The notes: generated from the sequence alone by a model not told the origin. DNA of 27,347 nt from Candidatus Thorarchaeota archaeon (GCA_016839445.1 JAEOUG010000097.1:1-27347), one strand, 5' to 3'; shown: positions 8,050 to 16,811, counted from the stretch's first letter. Numbers and translations are program-made.

Positions 8050-9550
8050 GCATTCTATTGCGTCCTGAGACAATAGAAGCGAAGTGTTCAGAGACGATGT
8101 CCAGGAATTCCTTTAGCTTCTCCTCCTGCACAAACGCACCTGCAGCCATAGGGTGTCCTCCTGCTTCTGCCATCAGTTCCTCATCATCCTCATTCAGGGT
8201 TGCTGAGGCAGCCACGAAGGCGTCCTTGAGATTCACTCCGATGTCGACCAAGCTCTTATGGGCGCGACCTGAGATCTTGATGAATTGCGTCTCTCCAGTG
8301 GTATTCCTGCTGACCCCAATCACTGGCTTGTCGATTGGGATGATGCGGGAGCCCTGAGCCATCCCAATCACTATACCAATTATCGTATCAGGCGTCTCTG
8401 GGTCGTCCACGAGATACATCCCTGGTCTCTCCACATAGCCATCGTCCTCGACCCGTCTCAGTGCCATGGCCAGATTGGTTCTATGGAGTTGGAGAAGCCC
8501 ACTCCCCTCACTGATTGCTTCTTCATCGCCCATGCAGATTCTAACTCCAACCTCCGGTTTCCTGTTTCGACCACAAGCGTTTAGGAGTGTGGAGAATTCC
8601 TTTGCGCTGCGCATCTCAGTCCTCTCTGGGCGGCCAGTCAGGACAATCACATCTCCTATGATCCCAGTGGCTACTCTCGGGTCGTCATAGGAGTCGAGCA
8701 CAACCTGTATCAGAGACTGTAGCACGCGCTGCTTCTCACTCTGGTCTAGGTCAGTCCAGAATCGCCATTCACCGTCATCTCCGCGCATATCGACACCAAC
8801 TTCATCGAAGAAGGCGTAGCATGCTTCTTCCATACCGGTGATTCCCGGCAGGTATGGGTCAGTGGCGTACTGAAGCAAGTAAGGTAGCGGTCTCGTGTTG
8901 ATTCCGAAGAAGGTGAGGTCTCTAGTGACCCTCAGAATGCCTGCGTCGGTGCCTATCTCTATGATAGACTTGTTCAGTCCTGAGAATCCCTTCCCATAGT
9001 AGTCCTGCAGGTCTCCAGAGGCACCGACCACGGCCAGTTCGGCTAGGTCTAGGTTTGACGGAGAGAGGGCTAGGGAGTAGAAGAACGCGGCGCCAGCCCC
9101 CGAGAGGTCGTAGCTTCCGCTGAGGCCGTGATGCCAGGGATTCACTTCAATGATCTTCTCTGACCGGTTTTCCTCTAGTGAGTCATCCTCCGAAGGAAGG
9201 TGATGATCCAAGATGATGATAGTATTCACGGAATCAATCGGTACGATGTGCTCTTCGATCAGGTTCCGCTGCCCAGTTCCGAAGTCGCTGAAGATGACTA
9301 GGTCGGGCCCATAGTCGAGGACTCTCTTGCGAATGTCCTGAATCGATTCGGAGTTGATCTGGTGTACATTCTCCCACTCATGCTCCTTGCTCTCTCGCTC
9401 AAGGGCTAGTGCCACAATAGCTAGAGCGGAGATGCCGTCCGCATCAATGTGAGAGAATGCTAGGACTCTCTTGGCCTGCCTAGTGGCCTCAGCAGCACGC
9501 TGAAGAAGATCGGACATGGCTGGTGGGACGACGTCAGACAGTTCGTGCAT
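8039..9550 (-). CDS. recJ: DHH/DHHA1 phosphoesterase, archaeal RecJ/Cdc45 (GAN-like)
   Basis: HIDADG, FSDFG, ILDHH, GDLQD, EFSTLLNACGR, ISGR and GGHPMAAG motifs; ATG 9550 preferred over TTG 9571. Confidence 0.92.
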   Translation of the reverse strand: MHELSDVVPPAMSDLLQRAAEATRQAKRVLAFSHIDADGISALAIVALALERESKEHEWENVHQINSESIQDIRKRVLDYGPDLVIFSDFGTGQRNLIEEHIVPIDSVNTIIILDHHLPSEDDSLEENRSEKIIEVNPWHHGLSGSYDLSGAGAAFFYSLALSPSNLDLAELAVVGASGDLQDYYGKGFSGLNKSIIEIGTDAGILRVTRDLTFFGINTRPLPYLLQYATDPYLPGITGMEEACYAFFDEVGVDMRGDDGEWRFWTDLDQSEKQRVLQSLIQVVLDSYDDPRVATGIIGDVIVLTGRPERTEMRSAKEFSTLLNACGRNRKPEVGVRICMGDEEAISEGSGLLQLHRTNLAMALRRVEDDGYVERPGMYLVDDPETPDTIIGIVIGMAQGSRIIPIDKPVIGVSRNTTGETQFIKISGRAHKSLVDIGVNLKDAFVAASATLNEDDEELMAEAGGHPMAAGAFVQEEKLKEFLDIVSEHFASIVSGRNRMQKE

Positions 9551-9621
9551 GGTACCTCTGTGTTCTGGCAAGCTCTGGAGTATAAGTAGGATTCTCTCTG
9601 TTTTCCAGAGATTGGATCACC

Positions 9622-9963
9622 TCATTCGGCCACTCTGAAGGCCCTCGAGAGGGCGAGGAACACGATGAGGAAAAGACTGGCCACAGCAGCCAAGCCCTTG
9701 GCTATTCTCTGCAGTCTGCTAGGAGGATTCTCAGTCTCGCGTAATTCGTTTGCGACTCGCTTCAAGTACACTCTTCTCTCTGTGAAGAGTGCCTCAGTGT
9801 CGTCTGAGTTTCTGGAGTACTCAGTCCAGCTCTCATGCAGGGGGGACTCTGGGTTTGTGTCAAGCCATGAGAACCAGAGCTTCAGGATGTCATCGCGGTG
9901 TGTCGAAGGGAATGATCGGATTGTCGATTCAATCTGCTCTTCCCAGGTGTCTTCTACGGTCAT
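9622..9963 (-). CDS. Hypothetical small protein with a single C-terminal TM helix (tail-anchored topology)
   Basis: Soluble Trp-rich N-terminal domain then GLAAVASLFLIVFLAL; gaggtg SD upstream. Confidence 0.8.
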   Translation of the reverse strand: MTVEDTWEEQIESTIRSFPSTHRDDILKLWFSWLDTNPESPLHESWTEYSRNSDDTEALFTERRVYLKRVANELRETENPPSRLQRIAKGLAAVASLFLIVFLALSRAFRVAE

Positions 9964-10080
9964 TCTGAATGTGCACCTCTTGTTTCCCGGCAGAGGAACA
10001 GAATTCCTCCATTTGCATCTCTATTAAGTATGTCTTGGGTCGCCTATTTTCGGTCCTGTGCCGCGCGGAATGGATTCCAG

Positions 10081-10106
10081 AGGTATTCGCTGAGAATACC
10101 TATAAG
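10081..10106. promoter_or_regulatory. Perfect 8-bp inverted repeat abutting a TATA-like motif (candidate operator or hairpin)
   Basis: AGGTATTC-gctga-GAATACCT (10081-10101), then tataag. Confidence 0.5.
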
Positions 10107-10140
10107 TCGTGAGAACTGAGCAGTGGTTCTTCCTCGGCAG

Positions 10141-10656
10141 CTATCTTGCCTTTGCCAGCTCCCTGCTCCACTCTTTCAGATCATCCCTGAGCTTGCCAAG
10201 GTCTGTTGGACTGATTGAGTCTACTCTACCGTAGGTCTTCAGAATCCTAGTCCATCTCTGCATCTTCACTACTATTTGCCCTGATGCCCCTCGACTCTCG
10301 AGCATTCCTGCGGCTTCACTTAGCTTCTGCGAGAGATCGCTGGCTATGACACCTTCGCGAATCTGGGTCTCCAGCGTGTCCAGCACTGCTTGGTGTGACG
10401 AGATTGCGCCCTTCTGTGCAAGACCGGACGAGCTAGAAGTAGCAGGTGCAGACTTGATCCCTTGTACCATGCTCATTATGTCGTCGAGCTTCTCTGAATT
10501 CGCATTTGCTATAATAGCGAGATCCGAAGTGGCGTCCTGAACCTCAGTTATCTTCGAGATGACCTCAATCATCCTATTCAACATCTGAGTAAGCCTGTCG
10601 ATTGCACTATTAATCTCTGTGAGTTTCGCCCGTAGGTACGTGTCTTCTTCACTCAT
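10141..10656 (-). CDS. Hypothetical protein: N-terminal coiled coil, Ser-rich linker, helical C-terminal domain
   Basis: Heptad pattern over residues ~8-68 and linker SAPATSSSSG; ATG 10656 with agggga SD preferred over 10722. Confidence 0.85.
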   Translation of the reverse strand: MSEEDTYLRAKLTEINSAIDRLTQMLNRMIEVISKITEVQDATSDLAIIANANSEKLDDIMSMVQGIKSAPATSSSSGLAQKGAISSHQAVLDTLETQIREGVIASDLSQKLSEAAGMLESRGASGQIVVKMQRWTRILKTYGRVDSISPTDLGKLRDDLKEWSRELAKAR

Positions 10657-10724
10657 TGTTATCCCCTTCTGGTGATGGGGCGTCTGCCCTGGCACACAAT
10701 GGTCGAAACCTGTTTGCGACACAG

Positions 10725-10736
10725 ATTAAGCTTTTT
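10725..10736 (-). promoter_or_regulatory. Putative BRE/TATA element for the coiled-coil gene
   Basis: Minus strand reads aaaaagcttaat. Confidence 0.5.
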
Positions 10737-10838
10737 GTGATACAAGGAAGGTGTGTACATAGGCGAATACTAATATTGCTCAGAACTGGAGCCGCCGTAT
10801 CTTAGAGACTCTCAGGGTTTCATTGGAGGATCGTACGA

Positions 10839-11189
10839 TTGTATATTGTGAACTACAAGGAACGAGAGGTGCACGAGGTCACTGTGGCCAACAGTCAGAA
10901 GACCACAATGAGATGGCTCGTTGGAAAGGCAACTGGTGCGCGTACATATGCAATGCGATTCTTCGAAATTGCTCCGGGTGGCATCATTCCCCTTCACAGT
11001 CATGACGAGGAGCACGAGATATTCGTGCTGAAAGGCTCTGCCAAGGTTCTCGGGGGACCTGAGGGGACTGTGGCCAAGAAGGATGATGTTGTATTCGTGC
11101 CACCCAACGAAGAGCATGGCTACGACAACACGAAAGGCAAAGAACCGTTCACTTTCATTTGTGTGATTCCGCTTCTTGAGAAGGAGTAG
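10839..11189 (+). CDS. Cupin-domain protein
   Basis: PGG.IPLHSH..EHEIFVLKG and DVVFVPPNEEHGY metal-binding motifs; ggagga SD. Confidence 0.93.
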   Translation: MYIVNYKEREVHEVTVANSQKTTMRWLVGKATGARTYAMRFFEIAPGGIIPLHSHDEEHEIFVLKGSAKVLGGPEGTVAKKDDVVFVPPNEEHGYDNTKGKEPFTFICVIPLLEKE

Positions 11190-11242
11190 ACTCGGGGACA
11201 GGTTTTTGTGAGACGACGGCTCTCCAATCCTGAGCTGACGTC

Positions 11243-12046
11243 ATGAAACTATCAGACAAGAAGCTATGGATCTTCGACGTTGACAACACTCTCATCCGTG
11301 ATGTTGAGCATCCGGAGCCCTTCTCAGATGCGCTCGGTCTATGGGCCAAGCTCAAGGAGAAAGGAGTCGCTCTCGCTATACTGACGAATGTGGGGCGGCT
11401 CTCCGCAAGACAGGTACACGCCGTAGTCAAAGCCGCTGGATTCCAAGTTGATGTGTCTCATGTGTTCACTGCGGGGGCCGCAGCAGCGGCATACATCCAC
11501 AATCGCTCACCAGGAGCGAGGTGTTTCGTCATTAGCGAAGGCGGGGCGCAGGAGGACTTCATCGCTCGTGGGCTTGATGTCACCAACAACCCTCCAGTTG
11601 ATTTTGTGGCTCTAGGGGCCGATAGAGGGATGACCTTCCAGGAGCTGAACTTCGCAACCAAGATGGTCATGAAGGGAGCAGAACTCATCTGTATCAGCGG
11701 AAGCCTGGAGTACCCCGGAATCTACCTTGGCCAAGAAGATGTCTACATTGGTGAGCGGTCAATCACAGCGGCGATCGAGCATGCAGCGGGTGTGAGTGCC
11801 CTAGTTGTTGGAAAGCCGCGTCCCGAGATAGTGCTCGAAACAGTTCGGGCACTTGGCTCTGTACCCGGAGAGGCGGTATTGGTTGGTGACAACCCGGCAT
11901 CTGACATAGCTGGTGGGAGGGCCGCAGGAGTCTTCACCATTCTAGTCAAGCGACCCGACAACATCGTTGAGTTTGAGTCTGGCGGCCTTGATACACGCCC
12001 CGATCTTACAGTGGCATCTCTTGAAGAGATTCTTGGAGACCTATAG
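11243..12046 (+). CDS. HAD-IIA family hydrolase (NagD-like phosphatase)
   Basis: FDVDNTL, LTN, VGKP and VGDNPASDI.GG..AG motifs. Confidence 0.93.
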   Translation: MKLSDKKLWIFDVDNTLIRDVEHPEPFSDALGLWAKLKEKGVALAILTNVGRLSARQVHAVVKAAGFQVDVSHVFTAGAAAAAYIHNRSPGARCFVISEGGAQEDFIARGLDVTNNPPVDFVALGADRGMTFQELNFATKMVMKGAELICISGSLEYPGIYLGQEDVYIGERSITAAIEHAAGVSALVVGKPRPEIVLETVRALGSVPGEAVLVGDNPASDIAGGRAAGVFTILVKRPDNIVEFESGGLDTRPDLTVASLEEILGDL

Positions 12047-12062
12047 TCTGGGGGCTCTATCA

Positions 12063-12746
12063 GTGTTAGAATCCTCCCTCAGGTTCGAAGTCGACCGCCC
12101 TGGTCTAAGGGTCTCCATATTGCTCTTGGATGAACTGAATCTGGGAAGGTCCTCCAGGGAATTCGAGGAATACGAGAAGGTCACCTTCCAGGAGATTAGG
12201 TCATCACTGACTTTGGAAGAGGCGAAGGATGACCCCACCTTCAGGTCTTATCGTGACCTTTACTGGAGCTTCGGCATGGACCCAACCAAGCTGCGGGTCT
12301 CAAGTGAAGCCCTTCTCAGACGAGTCCTGAAGGGGATGAATCTCTGGCGTATCTCTGATCTAGTAGATGTGGCCAACCTTGCTTCCGCATATCACAAGAT
12401 TCCCATAGGTCTCGTTGACGACTCGAAGCGAGTCGGAGACCTGGTTGTCAGGACTGCCAAGAAGGGGGAAACGTTTGTACGGATTGGCGGGGAAGCAATC
12501 GTTTGTCGGGGTCGCGAAATCGTGCTGGCCGACGATGAGAAAGTAATCTGCTTCGGCTATGCGACACATGATTCTGAGGGCACCAAGGTCACAAAGGATA
12601 GCAGGAGAGTCCTGCTTCTTCTCTATGGTGCTCCTGAGGTTTCCCACGAGATGATGGTGGATGCCTGTGAAACGACTGCTCACATGATTGACAGCTGGGT
12701 GGATTGCAGAATGTCCAGTCCATACCACTTCGTGGCCTCTCACTAG
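12063..12746 (+). CDS. Stand-alone B3/4 (PheRS beta editing-like) domain protein
   Basis: YRDLYWSFGMDPTKLRVSSEALLRRV ... LVDVANLAS....PIG..D ... TKVT signature; GTG 12063 avoids the overlap produced by 11967. Confidence 0.88.
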   Translation: MLESSLRFEVDRPGLRVSILLLDELNLGRSSREFEEYEKVTFQEIRSSLTLEEAKDDPTFRSYRDLYWSFGMDPTKLRVSSEALLRRVLKGMNLWRISDLVDVANLASAYHKIPIGLVDDSKRVGDLVVRTAKKGETFVRIGGEAIVCRGREIVLADDEKVICFGYATHDSEGTKVTKDSRRVLLLLYGAPEVSHEMMVDACETTAHMIDSWVDCRMSSPYHFVASH

Positions 12747-14722
12747 AACTCCAAGAATGGCTGACCCAGGACTATTCTCTCAAGCAAGCTGTTCTTTGAT
12801 GCCGTGCTGACCATCTTCTCGAACTGAGACTTCAGACGGATTTCGTCAACATATTCAGGTTCCTTGATACCCATGCTCTGAATGACCAAGGCAAGCATAT
12901 ACTCGAAATCATATTCGAGATAGTCCAGCTTGGATGTTTTTTCCTTGCGCGTCACCTCTTTCCGTATACGCTTGGCGAGACCCTGTCGAAGGGCCTCTCT
13001 GGTTTCAGTAAGATACGTGTACATCGACTTCTCATACGGAAGTCCGCCCTTCTGCACTAGTTCCTTCAAGAAGGGTAGACCATGGGTTCTTCTGGCAACA
13101 GCCTCAATCCGAGCAACAAAGGCGTTTACTATGTCTTCGTAGGACAGCATCCCTGCCCTTCCTCTGGTCTCGAAGACTTTCTCGGCGTCCTTGACTCCTT
13201 TGAACTTCTGCCTCTTCTCCTCGAGGAGTCTCTCCCGCTCGGCCATTGCCGCTTCATCCGCCTTCCTCTTCTCCTCTTCGAGTTTCCTTCTCTCAGCCTC
13301 GTCTTTTGCAGCCTCTATCGCCTGCTGTCTCTCTCGCTGCTTCCTCTCAAGTTCCTCATGCCGACGCCTCTCTTCAGCAAGGCGCTCCTCTTCGAGCTTC
13401 TTTAGGACCTTCTCCTGTTCTTCTCGAAGCTTCTGCATATGCTTCTGTACGTCTCTCTCGGTCAGCGTTATGTGGTTCGTCAGTAGCCATCTCACGCCTA
13501 TGTGGTTGACCTTTGGCTTGAGATCCGCTGACGAGAAGATGAAGCTAGCAGTCTGCTGTCCGGGTAGCTGCGTGATGATTTGCTCAGATTCCTTCTCACC
13601 CGCGATGGGTTCAAGGATTCTCTCGAGGACCTTCAGTGATTGCTCACTGCTGATTCGCCCTGCCGAGATGGTGTTGAATTGCTCGAAGGCCTTGTAGTCA
13701 ATATCCTTCGGGCTCTGTGTGGCAATCAGACACTCTATCCCGTACTTACGTGCCTGCCTGAACAGCAGTAGGAAGGTCTCCTTTGGTCCGGGTGCTCTCA
13801 TTCCTGCTGGGATGAAGGGAGCCGCCTCGTCCTGGAAGATGAGCATTCTAGGCTTCTCAGTGAAGCCCTGTCTAAGCATCCATGAGTAGAGCTGATTCAA
13901 GACTATGGAGATGAAGAAGTGCTTCTCCTCCTCGCTCCGGAGTGTCTTGAGGAAGATGACATTGATTGGCGTCTTGCCGTTGACTGGCTTAGTTAGCTCG
14001 TCGAAATCGATCTCTCCTTCCTCTTTGAAGAGAAGCTGAGCAGAACCAACCGTGAGGCTCCTGATTCTCGTTGCCAGCGTCGTACGCTCGGAGAGCTTCA
14101 TGAAGGGTTCAAGGTCTACTTTGATTGTTTCGGCATCGGCTACAAGCATGTCGGCCAGTTCAGATAGCTCGTCTATGTCTGTCATCTCGTTCTCCCAGAT
14201 GGATCGCATCGTTTCGTAGATTACGGCGAATGACTTCCCTTCCCACGACCGCGAGAGGCCTCCGACCTTTGTCAGCACCTTGACGAGTGTTCTTGCTGAG
14301 TTGTCCAGAAGTCTGATTATGTCATCGTGGTCGGCCTTCTTGTCGGGCAACTTCATAGGGTTGATTGATATGGCTAGGCCCTTACTGCTGGCTGGGGTGT
14401 AGACTCTAACGATTACCTTGTCCATGTACTCCTTGAGGAGCGCAGGAGGTACGCCCTTCTCCGCCAGTTCTTTCGGGTCTCCTGGCAGCATGAGTGATGC
14501 GATGTCACCCTGTGGGTCAAAGGCAAGAACCGGAATTCCTTCCATCGCCGCTTCCTCAAGTACACACTTGCTCAATACAGTCTTGCCCGATCCAGTAGAA
14601 CCGAAGACACCTCCGTGTCTACGAAGGAGGTCAACGCTAATCTCGAACCTCTCATCGGTTCTGCTTCCTTGATCATCCAGTTTGTATCCTAGCCAGAGCT
14701 TTCCATCCGACATGCGAACCAC
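12743..14722 (-). CDS. HerA/FtsK-superfamily ATPase (DUF87-like) with a charged helical linker and unknown C-terminal domain
   Basis: RHGGVFGSTGSGKT (Walker A), FDPQGD, IFQDEA (Walker B), ARKYG and ATQSP..ID; start could be ATG 14713. Confidence 0.9.
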   Translation of the reverse strand: MVRMSDGKLWLGYKLDDQGSRTDERFEISVDLLRRHGGVFGSTGSGKTVLSKCVLEEAAMEGIPVLAFDPQGDIASLMLPGDPKELAEKGVPPALLKEYMDKVIVRVYTPASSKGLAISINPMKLPDKKADHDDIIRLLDNSARTLVKVLTKVGGLSRSWEGKSFAVIYETMRSIWENEMTDIDELSELADMLVADAETIKVDLEPFMKLSERTTLATRIRSLTVGSAQLLFKEEGEIDFDELTKPVNGKTPINVIFLKTLRSEEEKHFFISIVLNQLYSWMLRQGFTEKPRMLIFQDEAAPFIPAGMRAPGPKETFLLLFRQARKYGIECLIATQSPKDIDYKAFEQFNTISAGRISSEQSLKVLERILEPIAGEKESEQIITQLPGQQTASFIFSSADLKPKVNHIGVRWLLTNHITLTERDVQKHMQKLREEQEKVLKKLEEERLAEERRRHEELERKQRERQQAIEAAKDEAERRKLEEEKRKADEAAMAERERLLEEKRQKFKGVKDAEKVFETRGRAGMLSYEDIVNAFVARIEAVARRTHGLPFLKELVQKGGLPYEKSMYTYLTETREALRQGLAKRIRKEVTRKEKTSKLDYLEYDFEYMLALVIQSMGIKEPEYVDEIRLKSQFEKMVSTASKNSLLERIVLGQPFLEF

Positions 14723-14801
14723 CAGTGTTTGAAAGGTCTTCTTCTGCTTTTATGAGCCTTTCCAGTACCAAGACATCTTCCTGTTGTGGAAACAGAATGG
14801 A

Positions 14802-14826
14802 GATGGACGAGTCACTCTCGTCCATC
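14802..14826 (-). terminator. Perfect 10-bp hairpin just downstream of the 14835 stop
   Basis: GATGGACGAG-tcact-CTCGTCCATC, followed on the minus strand by pyrimidine-rich tccattctgtttcc. Confidence 0.6.
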
Positions 14827-14834
14827 CAATGCGT

Positions 14835-15440
14835 CTATTCTCCTATTGGCTCGTATCTCCTCGAGAGGAAGACTACAATGAGAAGGACCAACGCGAAGGC
14901 AAAGGCAGTGAGAGTTGCAGCCGCCCAGCCGTACGAGCTCGTTACGTCTCGGATTAGATTCAACAGGAAGTTGACTCCGGCCATGATGGCCCCTAGTACC
15001 AGCGAGACCAGCATGAATCTCGAGGTCATCTCCTTCACCTGTCCCGTTTCAGCCCCAGCTGCAATCTTGCTTCCATACGCTACAAAGACGAACAAGAAGA
15101 TGTAGGCTATGACAATCATCGTACCCATGTCGAACAAGTAGCCCTGGATTATCTCATCGGTGATCAGTAGACCGTACACTAGTAGTGTGCCGATGGTCAT
15201 CATGAAGACCAGCATGTTGGCGTAGAGCTTGTCGTTAGGATGGATGTAGCCTTGTTTCTCAGTGAACGTAGTGACTATACTGATGATGAGGACTACTCCC
15301 AGGACTGCCAATGCAAGGAGCCATCCATACATTGGGTAGTCACCTGGATCCGCGATGGCATACTTCAGGAAGATGACGAATCCAAGCATCGCCAGCCCAA
15401 TTCCTGAGAGTACATTGCCAAAAGTGACGACTCGAACCAT
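14835..15440 (-). CDS. Hypothetical 6-TM membrane protein
   Basis: Six hydrophobic segments; ggagagga SD; aaacgttaatag TATA-like motif at 15492-15503. Confidence 0.87.
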   Translation of the reverse strand: MVRVVTFGNVLSGIGLAMLGFVIFLKYAIADPGDYPMYGWLLALAVLGVVLIISIVTTFTEKQGYIHPNDKLYANMLVFMMTIGTLLVYGLLITDEIIQGYLFDMGTMIVIAYIFLFVFVAYGSKIAAGAETGQVKEMTSRFMLVSLVLGAIMAGVNFLLNLIRDVTSSYGWAAATLTAFAFALVLLIVVFLSRRYEPIGE

Positions 15441-15511
15441 AGTTTCCTCTCCCTTACCTCGGAGTTGCTAGAGGCCCTGAGGCTCCCGTTTCTATTAACG
15501 TTTGCTGTCCC

Positions 15512-16738
15512 TTAGGCTGATGGCTGCTCAGCAACGGCAGTCTTCTGTGGAGCCGCCTCTTCAAGGAAGTAGGTGCCAACACACGCGATGACTATGAGCA
15601 GCGCCACAGCAGTTGCCAGCCCAGGGAATAGCCCCCAGGTACCGTAGGCGAACTGGCCCAGTAGGGGACCTATTAGCATACCCGTCCCGAAGAAGATGCT
15701 ATAGACTCCCATGGTGCTTCCGCGGGCCTCCTCTGTCGAGATGTCCGTGAGGTACGCCATGGCCGCCGGCGGAAAGGCACCCGCTATGAAGCCAAGTGCT
15801 GGAAGCACGGGCCATATGTTCCATACATCTCCGAAGCTATCTGCGTTTGCCACAAGCAGATACGAGAGCAGTCCGAACCCTATCAGGCCTAGGACAATGA
15901 AAGGCCTCCTCTTCATCAGGTGATCTGAGAGATGACCCATGACGATGATTCCTAGAATCAGCGAACCTCCAAGCATTCCGAAGAGAATCAGCATATTGGT
16001 GGCTGTGAGCGAGAAGTACACGTCAATGATATGTTCTGCCTTTGATATCACCAATCCGTACAGCGAGATTATTGGGATGTATACGGGGAGCATCTTCTGC
16101 ACTCTTCTGTCCGTGGCAACCTGCCTGAGCAGTCGCATCATGCTCACTTCGGCGCCACCTACGGAAGCAGTCTCTCGGATGAGAGTCAGTGCTACAATGC
16201 CACTAATGGCGCAGGCGCCTGCTGCCGCAAACAGAATCGTACTTGGTGTGAGGCCAAACTCGATGAGTATCACTGCCAGGCCATAGCCTCCAGCTAGGCC
16301 TGAGAGCGTGGAGAGGTCATAGTAACCCATCAGTCTGGCTCTGTCGACCTCCGAGGAGCAATCCGCAATCATCGACAGGGTTGTGGTGACCTTCGATGCC
16401 GCTCCGATACCGAACAGGGCTGCAAGAAGGAATGTAATGAACTCGAGACTCGCCACTCCGAAGAGGAATGCTGCAAGAGCGGTGGCGAAGAGGCTGAAGA
16501 CAAGAATGGGCTTCCTGCCAATCTTGTCACTGTAGGATCCGAAAAGAGAAACGGTGCTCAGTTCAGTCAGCGGATACACTGTCAGGACTATGGCGACGCC
16601 CCAGTCAGACATCATACCCCCCATGTAGGCAGAATCCTGTATGACCGCGATTGTCGCATAGAACGCGGCTCGCATTATCATTGTCACTAGGTATAGCATT
16701 ATGAGTGTCAGCGCATGGCCGGATTTTCTTAGTCCCAT
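15512..16738 (-). CDS. MFS transporter
   Basis: Motif A GSYSDKIGRKP and its repeat GHLSDHLMKRRP; RARLMG/RGSTMG; about 12 TM. Confidence 0.93.
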   Translation of the reverse strand: MGLRKSGHALTLIMLYLVTMIMRAAFYATIAVIQDSAYMGGMMSDWGVAIVLTVYPLTELSTVSLFGSYSDKIGRKPILVFSLFATALAAFLFGVASLEFITFLLAALFGIGAASKVTTTLSMIADCSSEVDRARLMGYYDLSTLSGLAGGYGLAVILIEFGLTPSTILFAAAGACAISGIVALTLIRETASVGGAEVSMMRLLRQVATDRRVQKMLPVYIPIISLYGLVISKAEHIIDVYFSLTATNMLILFGMLGGSLILGIIVMGHLSDHLMKRRPFIVLGLIGFGLLSYLLVANADSFGDVWNIWPVLPALGFIAGAFPPAAMAYLTDISTEEARGSTMGVYSIFFGTGMLIGPLLGQFAYGTWGLFPGLATAVALLIVIACVGTYFLEEAAPQKTAVAEQPSA

Positions 16739-16778
16739 CTTCGTTTGTCTCCGGAGTATGCATCCCGCCCTGCGTTAG

Positions 16779-16789
16779 CGTTTATAAGC
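16779..16789. promoter_or_regulatory. TATA element readable on both strands between divergent genes
   Basis: cgtttataagc on the plus strand, gcttataaacg on the minus strand. Confidence 0.5.
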
Positions 16790-16811
16790 TATGCAGGTTC
16801 TCCTGCTATTC

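Noticed and set aside
11967-12062. Longer start for the B3/4 protein
   Set aside because: It overlaps the HAD gene by 80 nt; GTG 12063 after ggggct is more plausible.
13082-13697. Several long antisense ORFs (also 3850..4437, 6680..7267, 18166..18618 and others)
   Set aside because: They are shadows of well-supported genes on the opposite strand, with Ser/Leu/Phe-rich non-protein-like composition.
12743-14722. HerA as part of an anti-phage or NurA-HerA repair system
   Set aside because: No nuclease, Sir2, nurA, mre11 or rad50 partner is adjacent, and the context is housekeeping with no island signs.
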